Source: Basidiobolus meristosporus CBS 931.73 (taxonomy: Eukaryota; Fungi; Basidiobolomycota). Taken from it: 64,000 bases of DNA. Below are positions 52,636 to 64,000 of this stretch, in pieces; position 1 is the first letter of the stretch; the number at the start of each line of letters is the position of its first letter. The notes under the pieces were generated by a model, which was not told the origin of the DNA, ran no database searches, and saw nothing but the letters and a program-made list of their open reading frames with translations. Location: positions 23,324 to 87,323 of the forward strand of contig MCFE01000362.1 in assembly GCA_002104905.1 (NCBI GenBank). The letters are read 5' to 3'. Position numbers and translations under genes: made by a program.

Positions 52636-55600
52636 TGTTGTAAAAATTTGTATTTCCACCTAAATATTCACCTAACTTAGTCACTTAGATCATTACCTTC
52701 ATATCCTGGAGAATACTGACCAAATTCCTTGTTGGGATTTACTTAGAATATTTTCACCAAAATACCAGGTATCCAGAGCATGAAAATTCTCAAAGTTGTC
52801 CAAACAGCCCCAAACTTTGCACACATGTTCTTGGGACCTTCCTTAACCTATTCAATGTGTTTGTACTCCCAAGACCAGGTAAAAGTATAAATACTGCTTT
52901 TACATTCAATAAATCATTAAGTGAAACCATGTAATCTACTTGTTCTCCCAATCACTTCCAATATCTCCAAGACTCTTACAACAAGTTATGAGCCCCAAGC
53001 TGTCACTCTTTGCAATTTCTACTACTGCTATTACTGGAATTTTTCCCTCTGCTGAAAAGTTGGATGGATCTAATACCAAGTGTGGAAGGTGAAGATGAAG
53101 ATGCTGCTACAAGAAAGAGGTCTTTGGGATATTGTCATAGGAGAAAAATGCCCTCCTAAAAACATGGGAGAGGAAGCCTTGAAGTACCAGAAGAAAGAAC
53201 AAAGTTCCTCTAACTGCATCTGCCTTAATGCTAAAGTCAAATTGCTAATTCAATGCTCAAGAGCAAAAATGGCAAAGAATGCCTGGAAGGCATTAGAAGA
53301 CACCTACCAGTCATGTTAAGCTGCTAAGAAAATGTATCTGAGACAAAGATTTCTTACTACCAAGATGCTTCCAGGAGAAGAAATGAAAAATCCAATTAAC
53401 AGAATTACCCTCTTGGTAGATGAGATGGAATCTGTAGGTGTACCAACTACTGATGAGGATGTGATAGTTACCATCCTGAATAGTGTGACAGACAAGTTTC
53501 AGGGCCTTGTATCAGCTTTAGAGTCCAGAACTGAAGATTTGTCTGTTGAAATATTGGACTATTTGGTATTATTCAGCAGCTAAAAATTTACTTAACAATT
53601 CTAGGCTAGTCTTAGTCACTGTAGGACTCATTTACTGCCTTAACTTTGCCACTTTCTCCAGATATATAATATTATGATTATTCCCCTATAGTCAGGATCA
53701 AATTAGCACTATTACCAAACATTATGTACTAACCCTGAAACTGTTACAGAATGCTCCTGAATATTGAGAAACCCTCCCTACTTAGTGTTGCAGCTGTATT
53801 ACTTCTACAAAGGTATAAATACTGAGCTTCTTTATGAATAAACAACAGTTCAACTATTATCACTATTTCTTGATAAGTTCCTTATATCCAAATCACTTCT
53901 TAAATTGCAACAGGTTATGAGCCCCAATTGCCTTAATCTATTCTAAAGATGACTTCTACCAGCAAACAAAGCAATACCAAGATCTTCCCTGTAAAGGAGA
54001 GGTTTGATGGGAAGAACTACAGACTTTGGAGAATCAAGATGCAGATCCACCTTGAGGAAAGAAAGCTTTGGAACATAGTAACAGGAAAGGAAGTTGAGCC
54101 CAAAGAAACAGCAGAAGATGTGGAGAAGTTTCAAGAGAAGGAGAGAAAGACCTTCAATGCAATATGCATCAATGTGCAAGACTCCTTCATTGGACAAATC
54201 CATGCCTCAAATACTGCCAAAGCAGCATGGGAATCCTTAGAGAAGATCTTTAGAGCAAAGTCAGTATTAAGCAAGCTTTATTTGAAACAAAAGTTCTTCA
54301 ACATGAGAAAAAAGCCAGATGATGACATGCTACAACTCATTACCAGAATGGAGACGCTTGCAGAAGAACTTTACAGTATTAATGCTGGTGTAGATGATGA
54401 AGAAAAGATACTCTGTCTGCTTTGCAGCCTACCAGACAAGTATGAGCCACTCATACTTTCTTTTGAAAGCAGAGAAGACAACTTGACTTTAGACTATTTC
54501 AAAGGAAGACTTCTCCATGAAGAATTCAGACGTAATGATCAAGCAGAGAAAATTGAAGATAATGCTTTATTCAGTTCAGAAAGGCATACAGAAAAAAAGG
54601 GAAAGCAACAAAACCAAAGAAAACCTGGCTGCTGTAACTACTGTAAGAAGCCAGGACACTGGGCAAGAGAATGCAAGAAGAAACAAGCAGACAAAAAACA
54701 GAAACTAGAGCAGGCAAACCATATAACTACTGATGAACAGTTATTTGTCACTGTACAAGAGAGTGCAAGTAACCAAAGTAATGAATGGTATATTGACTCT
54801 GGAGCATTACAGCATATTTGTGGTATAAAGGATTGGTTCAGCAACTTAAAGACTATTCCCGTAAGAAAGGTTTATCTGGGAGATAACTCTGCATTGAAAG
54901 CTACCACCAGTGAGTCTATACAACTAAATATGAGTGATAACTCAGGGGCAACAACAGCAAAACTGACTGACGTACTCTATGTACCTGGAATAGCTAAGAA
55001 CCTACTCTCAGTCAGTAAAGCAGCTACTCAGGGACTGAAATTTGTTCTTACTAAGCTGAGCTGCTCAATATTGAGTGAAAATGGACAAAAATTAGCTTTG
55101 GGAATCAGAGATCACAATATATACAGGTTACAATGCAAGATCATTGTACCTGAGTATGTCAACATTGCTGAAACTGATGAAACCAACTGGGAGATGTGGC
55201 ATAGGAGGCTAGGACACATAGGGGAACAGAAAATGAGCCAATTGGTGAAAAATAGGCTTGTTTTGGGCCTAAAATACTCAATTCCAATCAAATTGAATGT
55301 TTGTAAGGGATGTTCATATTGCAAACAAGCTAGGCAACGTTTCAAGAGCTCAGAAGGCATCAATACCACCGAAATATTGGCTATTGTACACTCAGACATA
55401 TGTGGCCCCATGAGAACACTGTCCTTTGGAGCCAAGAGATACTTTATGACGTTGATTGATGACAAGACAAGATATACATGGGTGTACTTCCTCAAAACAA
55501 AGGAAGAAGCTTTAGAGACATTTAAGCACTTCAAGAACATGGCAGAAACACAAACTGGGTGTAAATTGACAGTACTACAAAGTGACAATGGAGGAGAATA

Positions 55601-58600
55601 CTGCTCAAAGGAGTTTGCAAAATACTGCTTGTCTACTGGTATACTTCAACAGACCACAGTTCCTCATACTCCACAGCAAAATGGAGTAGCAGATCGTGCA
55701 AATAGAACAATAGTAGAGATGGGAAGATCTATGCTACATAATAAGGGAATGGACTACAAGTTTTGGGCTGAATCTGTTGCTACCGCTGTATACATCAAGA
55801 ACAGATGCCCAACAACAGCACTACGTGATTTTATACCCTTTGAAGCATATACAGCCAAAAAACCAGATCTCCAGCACCTCAGGATCTTTGGCAGTGATGT
55901 TTTTTATCACATCCCTGACAAAAAACGCTCAAGTTGGAACCAAAGAGTATAAAAGGGATATTTCTTGTGTATTGTGAAGATACTAAAGGGTGTAGAGTGT
56001 ATGATGGCAAAATACAGAAGCTGATCAAGAGCAGGGACGTTGTATTTGAGGAGATTTCAGATCAGAAAGCCACGGAAATCATTGGCCAGCTGCCTGATGA
56101 TGCAATCAACACAAATGAAGAAGATACGTACCAAATCCAGCCAGAGATGGAAGATACTTCTACCAGTTCTAGATCAGAACAGATTATCCCAGTTAGGAGA
56201 TCTACCAGAATAAGAAATGCCCTTGGATCCTGCTGGCAGACATCCAGTGATCATGAAGAAGCTTATCTTGCCTTATGTGCCAAACCTCAGAATCTGGAAC
56301 TGGCAATGCAAGGTCCAGATGCTACTAAGTGGCAACAAGCCATGCAGGAGGAGTACCAATCACTGATCAAGGCAAAAACGTGGGAACTGGTAGATTTACC
56401 AAATGGGAGAAAGCCAATAGGATGTAGATGGGTCTACAAGATCAAGATAACCTCAAATGGTGCCGTTGATAGGTACAAGGCTAGATTGGTAGCTAAAGGC
56501 TATTCCCAGATCCAGGGACTAGACTTTAAGGAAACATTTGCTCCGGTTGCCAAGTTTAACTCTATTAGGACAGTTCTAGCCCTGGCAGCTGTACACAGTC
56601 TAGATCTACACCAAATGGACATCAAAACAGCCTTTCAAAATGAAGATTTGCAAGAAACTATATATATGGAGCAACCAGAAGGTTTTACCGATCCAAAAAG
56701 CCCCCATAAGGTGTGCAAACTTAGAAAATTGTTGTATGGGCTTAGCAGGCACCCAGAGTGTGGTATAACAAGATTGACACATATCTAGAGGAAATTGGGT
56801 TCTCTTGTAGCACTGCAGATCACAGTATGTGTGTGAAACAGCTCAAAAAGGGTGTGCTCATCCTAGTTCTTTATGTGGATGACCTAGTTATAGCTACAGG
56901 TGATCAAGAGGCACTTAAACAGACGAAATCAGATCTCTTCAGCAAGTTTGAGATGAAAGATCTTGGAAAATTGAGCTATTTTCTTGGAATTGAGGTCAAA
57001 TTTGACATACCTACGCAGAAAATTGTGCTGAATCAGTCCAAGTACATCAGGGACATTCTCAGACGCTTCAAAATGGAAAATTGCAAACCTGCAGCAACCC
57101 CTATGGACAATAACCCGAAATTAAGCAAATCTCAGCCAGTTATAGATGAAAACGGCTCAAATATGGACCAAAACTTTCCCTATCAATCAATGGTTGGTAG
57201 CCTAATGTACTTGATGGTGTCTACATGTCCAGATATTGCAGTAGCAGTTGGAATAGTCAGTCAATTCATGCAGAATTATGGATCAGATCAAATTGCAGCA
57301 GTTAAGCGGATTGTCAGATATCTACAAGGTACCGTAAATATGGTACTGGAATACTCTGGAGCAGCTAATAGGCCAATATTTGATGGTTATAGTGATTCAG
57401 ATTGGGGTAGGGAACTGATTGACAGACGCTCTACCACATGCTATGTATTTCTTTATGCTGGTGCAGCTATTACTTGGAATTGCAAGAAACAACCAACTGT
57501 GGCACTATCTACAACTGAAGCTAAATATATGGCTGCATGTCAAGCAACTAAGGAGGCTATATGGCTACAAAAATTATTCAAAGACTTAGGTTTTAATTCA
57601 GGTGAACCAACATGTATTTACAAGGATAATCAAAGTTGTATTTCATTAGCTAGAAATCCTACTAATCATGCCAGAACTAAGCACATTGATATACAGCATC
57701 ACTTTGTGAGGGAAGCTGTAGAAAATAACTTAGTGGAGCTGGTTTACTGCCCAACTGACAAAATGGTGGCAGACATATTGACAAAACCACTAGCTAGGCC
57801 ACAGTTTGAGATCCTTAGAGAGAAATTGGGATTAAGAAATTATTTAGTTGAGGGGGAGTGTTGAAATATTGGACTATTTGGTATCATTCAGCAGCTAAAA
57901 ATTTACTTAACAATTCTAGGCTAGTCTTAGTCACTGTAGGACTCATTTACTGCCTTAACTTTGCCACTTACTCCAGATATATGATCTTATGATTATTCCC
58001 CTATAGTCAGGATCAAATTAGCACAATTACCAAACATTATGTACTGACCCTGAAACTGTTACAGAATGCTCCTGAATATTTAGAAACACTCCCTACTTAG
58101 TGTTGCAGCTGTATTACTTCTACAAAGGTATAAATAAGAGAATCAAGTGCAAATAAGCAGGAAGAAGAAAATGCTTTAATAAGCAATGATAACCAACAAA
58201 GGAGGTACTCAAAACCCAAAACCCTACAAAGGCAACAGCAACCTATTTTGTAACTACTGCAAAAGGAAAGGACACACATCAGACCGGTGACTCAAAATGA
58301 AAGATAAACAGCAAAAGAAGCCTGAATATGAAAATGCTGCAACAACTGAAGATAGACTATTCATATCTGCACTAAATATGACCACAAACAAGAATTCTCA
58401 GATGTGGTATATTGACTCTGGAGCATCTCAACACTTTACACACCAAAAAGAACTTTTCACCCAATATCAAGAAATTCCTATTAAGAAGGTTTTCATGGGT
58501 GATGTTAGAACACTTGATGCAGTGGGAGAAGGGACTATCCAAGTAAACCTAAGAAGCAGTGAAGGAAGCCATACACTTACTTTCAAAGAAGTACTCTATG

Positions 58601-61600
58601 TACTAGAAATAGCCAAGAACCTACCATCAATAAGCAAGGCTACTGCAGAAGGACTCAGTTTCAGCTTGGACAAATCTGGATGCAGGATCACCAATCAAAA
58701 TGGTGCCCATATTGTTTTGGGTATCAGAGATCAGAATCTATACAAGTTGACTTATATTCCATCATATTTGGAAGCTAATATAAGTAACTTAAGTGAAGAA
58801 ACACAAATACTTTGGCACAGGAGATTTGGGCACATCAATGTTGATTATTTATGCAAAATGATCAAAGATCAGCTAATTTCTGGGGTAACAATTGATCCCC
58901 CAGCTGATTTGGTGCACTGTGAAGCCTGCATATATGGGAAACAAGCCAGACAACAGTTCAAGAGCTCTGGGCTAATCAAAACTAAGAAAAAATTAGATCT
59001 AATTCACTCAGATCTGTGTGGACCTATGCAAAATTTATCCTTAGGTGGGATGAGGATTTAATCACTTTTATTGATGATTATTCAAGATACAAATGGATCT
59101 ACTTCATGGAGAGAAAGGAAGAGGCTCTGTCTAAGTTCAGGGAGCTTAAAGTCATGGTGGAGAGAGAAACTGGTGAAAAAATCAAGAAAATATGCTCTGA
59201 CAATGGTGGAGATTATACCTCAAAACTCTTCATCCACTTCTGCAAAATTCTTGGGATAAAGCAAGAGACTACTGTACCATACTCCCCACAGAAAAATGGA
59301 GTAGCAGAATATGCTAACAGATCAATAATTGATATGGCAAGATCTATGATCCATGATCAAAAATTATCCTACAGTTTTTGTGCAGAATCAGTTGCCACTG
59401 CCATATACTTCAAAAATAGGAGCTATAGCAGAATAACTTGTGATTCTACTCCATTTGAAGCATGGTATGGATACCAACCAAGTGCAGAACATCTAAGAAT
59501 ATTTGGGTGTACAGCATATGCCAAGAAACTGCCCAGAAATCAGTCAAAATTTGAGCCAAAAAGTGTAAAATGCATATTTTTGGGCTACTGCAATGAGAGT
59601 AAGGCATACAGATTCTACAATACCAAAGCAAAGAAGCTAATCAAGTCCAGGGATGCTTTGTTTGATGAAAATTCAAAATTTCACAAAAAACAACATCAGA
59701 TGATGACAAAAATTTGATCTCTAATCCACCAATTGTCAGGATTGAATCAGAGCAAAACAATGAAGATTTTTTCACTCCAGAGGACTCAACAACTGTGGTT
59801 CAGCCAGAATCAAGTGCCCAGGAATATCCCAGAAGTGCTCATTCCAGTATCAAATGCCCAGAGATCCAATTGGACAAGAAATGGCCCAAATTACTATATA
59901 AATGTGAATACAAACTTGGCCTATGCCTATTCAGTGCATATTGATGAACCCCAGACTGTAAAAGAGGCCCTATATAGCCCTCAGACAAAGTTTTGGAGAT
60001 CTGCAATGACTGAGGAATATCAGGCCCTGATAAAATATCAATCTTGGGACTTTGTCAAATTACCAATCAACCAAAATTCTGTTGGATGCAGATGGGTCTT
60101 CAAGACAAAATACAAGGCTGATGGTACAATTGAAAGATACAAAGCAAGACTTGTAGCCAAAGGATACTCTCAAACAAAAGGACTTGACTATACTGAGACC
60201 TTTGCACTGGTAGCCAAGTTTAATTCCATCAGATTAATATTGGCTATTGGAGCCAAATTTAAGTTTTTTATTGATCAAATGGATGTAAAAACTGCATTTT
60301 TGAATCAAGAACTTGATGAGGATGTGCATATGGACCAGCCTGATGGGTTTGTTGACCAAGATAGCCCCCGGTTGGTCTGCAAGCTTAAAAAGTCTCTATA
60401 TGGTCTCAAACAATCACCAAGAGCCTGGAATTGCAAGATAGATTCTTATTTGGAATCTTTGAGTTTTACAAGGAGCAATGCTGACTATAGCATATACTAT
60501 AAGCCAGATAGAGCAAATCCAGTTTTATTAGCTCTATATGTGGATGATCTTATTATAGCCACCAATAACCTAGAAACATTGCAGGAGACAAATCCAGCCT
60601 TTCTAAGGAGTTCAAGATGTCCAATCTAGGAGAACTCAGATACTACTTAGGGATTAAGTTCTCCTTAGACAGAAGTACCCAGACTATCACCCTAAGCCAA
60701 TCAAGGTATATTCAAGATATACTAAAGAATGATAAAATGGAAGACTGTAAACCAGCAACTACCCCAATGGAGACAAACCTTAACTTGGTCAAAACTCAAC
60801 CAAATCAAGAGAGCTTGATGCCATCTGAAAGCCCTGACTTTCCTTATCAATCTATGGTTGGCAGTCTGATGTATATCATGCTTGGAACACGTCCAGATAT
60901 CTCATATTCAGTAGGTGCTGTCAGACAACATAGTCAGAACTATGGATCTGATCATATTGCAGCAGTTAAGTGGATTTTTAGTTACCTAAAAGGAACTGCT
61001 GATATCTGCTTGAGATACACTTATAAAGATTCAGAACAGGATCTTGTGGGATACTCTGATGCTGATTGGGGACAAAATGTGCATGACAGAAGATCCACCA
61101 CAAGATACACCTTTCTTTACTGCAAAGGAGCAATTTCATGGAACTCAAGAATGCAACCAACCATATCACTTTCTACCACAGAGGCAGAGTATATGACAGC
61201 CTGTGAAGCTACAAAAGAAGCAATGTGGTTAAGAAAGCTTTCTGAAGATTTAGGCCTATGTCAAAAAATGCCTATTACTTTATTTCAAGATAATCAAGGA
61301 TGTATACAATTTGGTAGAAATCCAACTTTTTATGCTAGGACCAAGCACATAGATATTAGACATCATTTCATACATGAAGCTATAGAGAATAACTTAGTTA
61401 GCTTAGTTTACTGTCCTATAGATGAAATGATTGCAGACATATTAACAAACCATTAGCTAGAGACAAGTTTGAATATCTTAGGTCAAAATTAGGACTAGTC
61501 AGTGTGAACATTTAGCTGAGTGGAAGTGTTGTAAAAATTGTATTTCCACCTAAATACTCACATAACTTAGTCACTTAGATCATTACCTTCATATCCTAGA

Positions 61601-61778
61601 GAATACTGACCAAGTTTCTTGTTGAATTTAATTAGAATATTTACCTAGGATATGAAAATTTGTTAAGTTGTCCAAACAGCCCCAAACTTTGCACACATGC
61701 TCTTGGGACCTTCCTTAACATATTCTACATGTTTGTAATTCCAAGACCAGGTAAAAGTATAAGTACTACTTTTAGATT
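52636..61778 (+). mobile_element. Ty1/Copia family A, copy 3 (degenerate), interrupted by Copia-B in gag and by a PHIS element in the 3' LTR
   Basis: 5' LTR 52636-52983, PBS AGTTATGAGCCC, gag 53080-53543, resumes 58137, pol fragments to 61456, PPT GAGTGGAAG, partial 3' LTR 61527-61778. Confidence 0.93.
53544..58136 (+). mobile_element. Ty1/Copia family B, near-intact (two frameshifts, truncated 3' LTR)
   Basis: 5' LTR 53544-53912, PBS GGTTATGAGCCC 53913-53924, ORFs 53949-55952, 55934-56788, 56758-57864 (CNYCKKPGH, WYIDSGA, HSDICGP, SDNGGEY, YVDD, YSDSDWG), PPT GAGGGGGAG, 3' LTR 57859-58136. Confidence 0.96.
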
Positions 61779-61961
61779 AGACTTGTTCCATTGGATAGTG
61801 CCACATAGTGCCAGCCTGTTTATGGTGCCGGATCAATCTGGCACTCTCCGGCACTATCTGGCACTATAATTTCTACCATGATGCTAGTAGTATGATACAG
61901 TTACTGGTAATTTTACTCAATCTTACTTATGTTGCTCAGAATAGTGCTTTCCTTGCTTTAT

Positions 61962-62845
61962 TTACTCTTCATAATGCTCCAGACACATTTCTCTCAGTGG
62001 ATGTCTTCTTGTATCAACATACTGTGCATTATTAAGTATCTTAACTATTTTACCTATTCTGCTGTTTTCTCCTATATATGACTTTCCTCTCTATTTACCT
62101 GCCAATATGCTGAATCTCTTCAGATATCCAAATGTGTGCTCTACCCTCACTCTGAAATGATTTAATATCTCATTGTAGAGCTTCTGCTTCCTGCTAAGTA
62201 TACCATTCCTTGGCTTCCTATAAGCTGTAATACATCCTAATCTCTGACAATCCTCTCCTATATAGGCCAAGTCTGCCATACATTTCTCCCCTCTACTGAA
62301 TTCAGGATGATTCTCTACCCAGAGTGCTTTGTCATGCCTACTTCCAGCAAATGGCCCACTAAACCAGATGATGTTACCCTCAATGTCCGACAGTGCTTGA
62401 AACTTCACACAGTGTGCCTTGTACTTGCCAGAATAAAAGTGCCTCTGCCCTCTAGAAGGTCTGTTAATCCTCACTGGGAAGGTATCCAAAATACTCCTGA
62501 TATGGAACCTGTTGCTGAACACTCTGGGATATGGAAGTTTATTGGAGCTTCTGAACCTAGTATTCCAAGCTTGCTCTAAGTCATTTGTACCCTCTGCAAG
62601 GTGGTTCTCCATTGCTGTCAGCTGGGAATGAAAGCTTCTTGGACTTTTGTTGCCATGGATGGTGGGATGAAATCCTGTAGGGCAATAGTTCTTGTAATAG
62701 CAGAGAAGCTTAACAAGGGATCTCCTTGAGTAGATTGGGGTAGATGGTCCACAGTACCTGGAATAGATCCCTCTAGTGTGTCAAAAGGAAATCCAGTGTT
62801 AGTGATGGGTTTGATGAGTAAAGACTACTCAGATGAGTAAGTCAT
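61962..62845 (-). pseudogene. DDE_Tnp_4 transposase, nearly intact (in-frame stops)
   Basis: LDTFPVRINRPSRGQRHFYSGKYKAHCVKFQ...FSGPFAGSRHDKALW...MADLAYIG...RVRVEHTFGYLKRFSIL. Confidence 0.9.
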
Positions 62846-63203
62846 ATTAAAATTGGTGGGTGATTGTATGTAGGTGGTTTGAATTGATTTGGCATGATAT
62901 GCATTTTTATCTGATTTTTAATACAATATGGTTAAATCTCCATCAATTGCCATGTATCCCATCATTATGTTGCAAAAAATATCCGCAAACAATGCCTTGG
63001 TACTTTTGTTGATGCTTTAATCACAGGTCTATAATCAAATAGGAAATCTGCAATTGATGTGATCTGATCCATGTCAACACAATCCAAGATGCATCATGCA
63101 TAATATATGGAAAATCCAACAATCACATTAGTTTTCATATATATGTCATATAAGACCAGGTTGATGCCAATATACTGCTGTATAAGTATCCAAATCCATT
63201 GCT

Positions 63204-64000
63204 ATGGTCCCCATACCAAGCCTCAACTCATCTTTAGTACAACCCAGACAAAACCCATCCCCCAGCTCACAAGCACGGTCTGGACCAGAAAAGTCAATGT
63301 TGGATCTGTTTGAGTTCTTGCCAAATGATTTTAGTATGGCCCAAGTGTCTATGATGAGCCTTCATACAGATATTTGGGCACTACTGATTAATCTAGCAGA
63401 ACTAGATACCTCAGAGAGTTGACAAAGATGGAAGAATTTGAGTAGAAAGCTGTGGCATGAGTTCTACATCAAGATGCCAGCCAATGTATGTAAGAAGATA
63501 TATAACAAGAGAAGTATTGAAATCAAGAATGAGCTGAGAGTGAGGGGATTTGACAAAGAAGCCGTGCGGGAACAATTTTGTGTGCAATTTGCACAGCACG
63601 GGCCGGACGTGTCCATTTGTGCCTCAACTTTGGGAACCAAAGAGATTTTGAATGAGTTTTTGCCTCAAATGACTAATGTACTATGTGATATATTAGTAGA
63701 GCTAAGTGGCTTCCAAGAGCAATATACACAGGACTCATCCAGGCAACAGCACCAAAGTATCAGACAGAGGGTAAGTGAAATACCTTGAGGAATCAGATGG
63801 TGAGCTTCAGGAGGAAGAATACAGACCACAAGCAACATTGTCCAGATCATGCCAGCATGCCTTGCTGGATTCCCTACCATCTCTTGCAGCCACAGCGTTG
63901 CTGGCGCACATCAGTCCAGACCATGCCAACACCCTTTACCAGAACGCCCCGCATTGAGTCAACGCGCGCGCTTCAGAGCAAAACTAGAAGAACTTGCCAA
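63204..64000 (+). pseudogene. Partner ORF of the PHIS element, function unknown
   Basis: MLDLFEFLPNDF...QRWKNLSRKLWHEFY...LNEFLPQMTNVLCDILVEL...YLEESDGELQEEE; conserved in copy 1 (-, ~28950-30040). Confidence 0.7.

Larger units (their letters stand above)
61779..64000. mobile_element. Two-gene PHIS DNA transposon, copy 2 (inverted relative to copy 1, runs off the window)
   Basis: TIR AGACTTGTTCCATTGG preceded by ATT; subterminal repeats 61795-61867; transposase (-) 61962-62845; partner ORF (+) from ~63204/63297 to beyond 63957. Confidence 0.85.

Noticed and set aside
63204-63206. ATG 63204 as start of the PHIS partner ORF
   Set aside because: Copy 1 has ACA here, so both may derive from ACG; the shared ATG near 63297 is the more likely start.
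13400-64000. Classical RIP as the cause of repeat decay
   Set aside because: Paired copies differ mainly as CA versus TG at former CG sites, which points to CpG deamination; not quantified.

Overview
Eukaryotic, fungal genomic DNA in two sharply different compartments. Bases 1-13.3 kb are a compact, CpG-rich island of intron-containing genes: THUMP/TAN1, ATP17, a class-IV aminotransferase-like enzyme, SEC66, an uncharacterised histone-fold-like protein, a TBC Rab-GAP and MYG1. Bases 13.4-64 kb are a CpG-depleted pile of nested transposons. These comprise three degenerate Copia-A copies (two forming a tandem duplicate bounded by one outer TSD), a near-intact Copia-B, one Ty3/Gypsy with identical LTRs and a single open 1377-aa ORF, an older truncated Gypsy, a solo LTR, many fragments of a CACTA-like Tnp2 family with CCCTATG termini and a divergent second gene, and a two-gene PHIS (Harbinger-related) DDE_Tnp_4 family flanked by AWT. 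The layout suggests an early-diverging fungus with a TE-inflated genome (Entomophthorales-like); this is inference only. I found no tRNA, rRNA or CRISPR features, and no clearly new cellular pathway. The most unusual observations concern the architecture and history of the transposons. All alignments and counts were done by eye.
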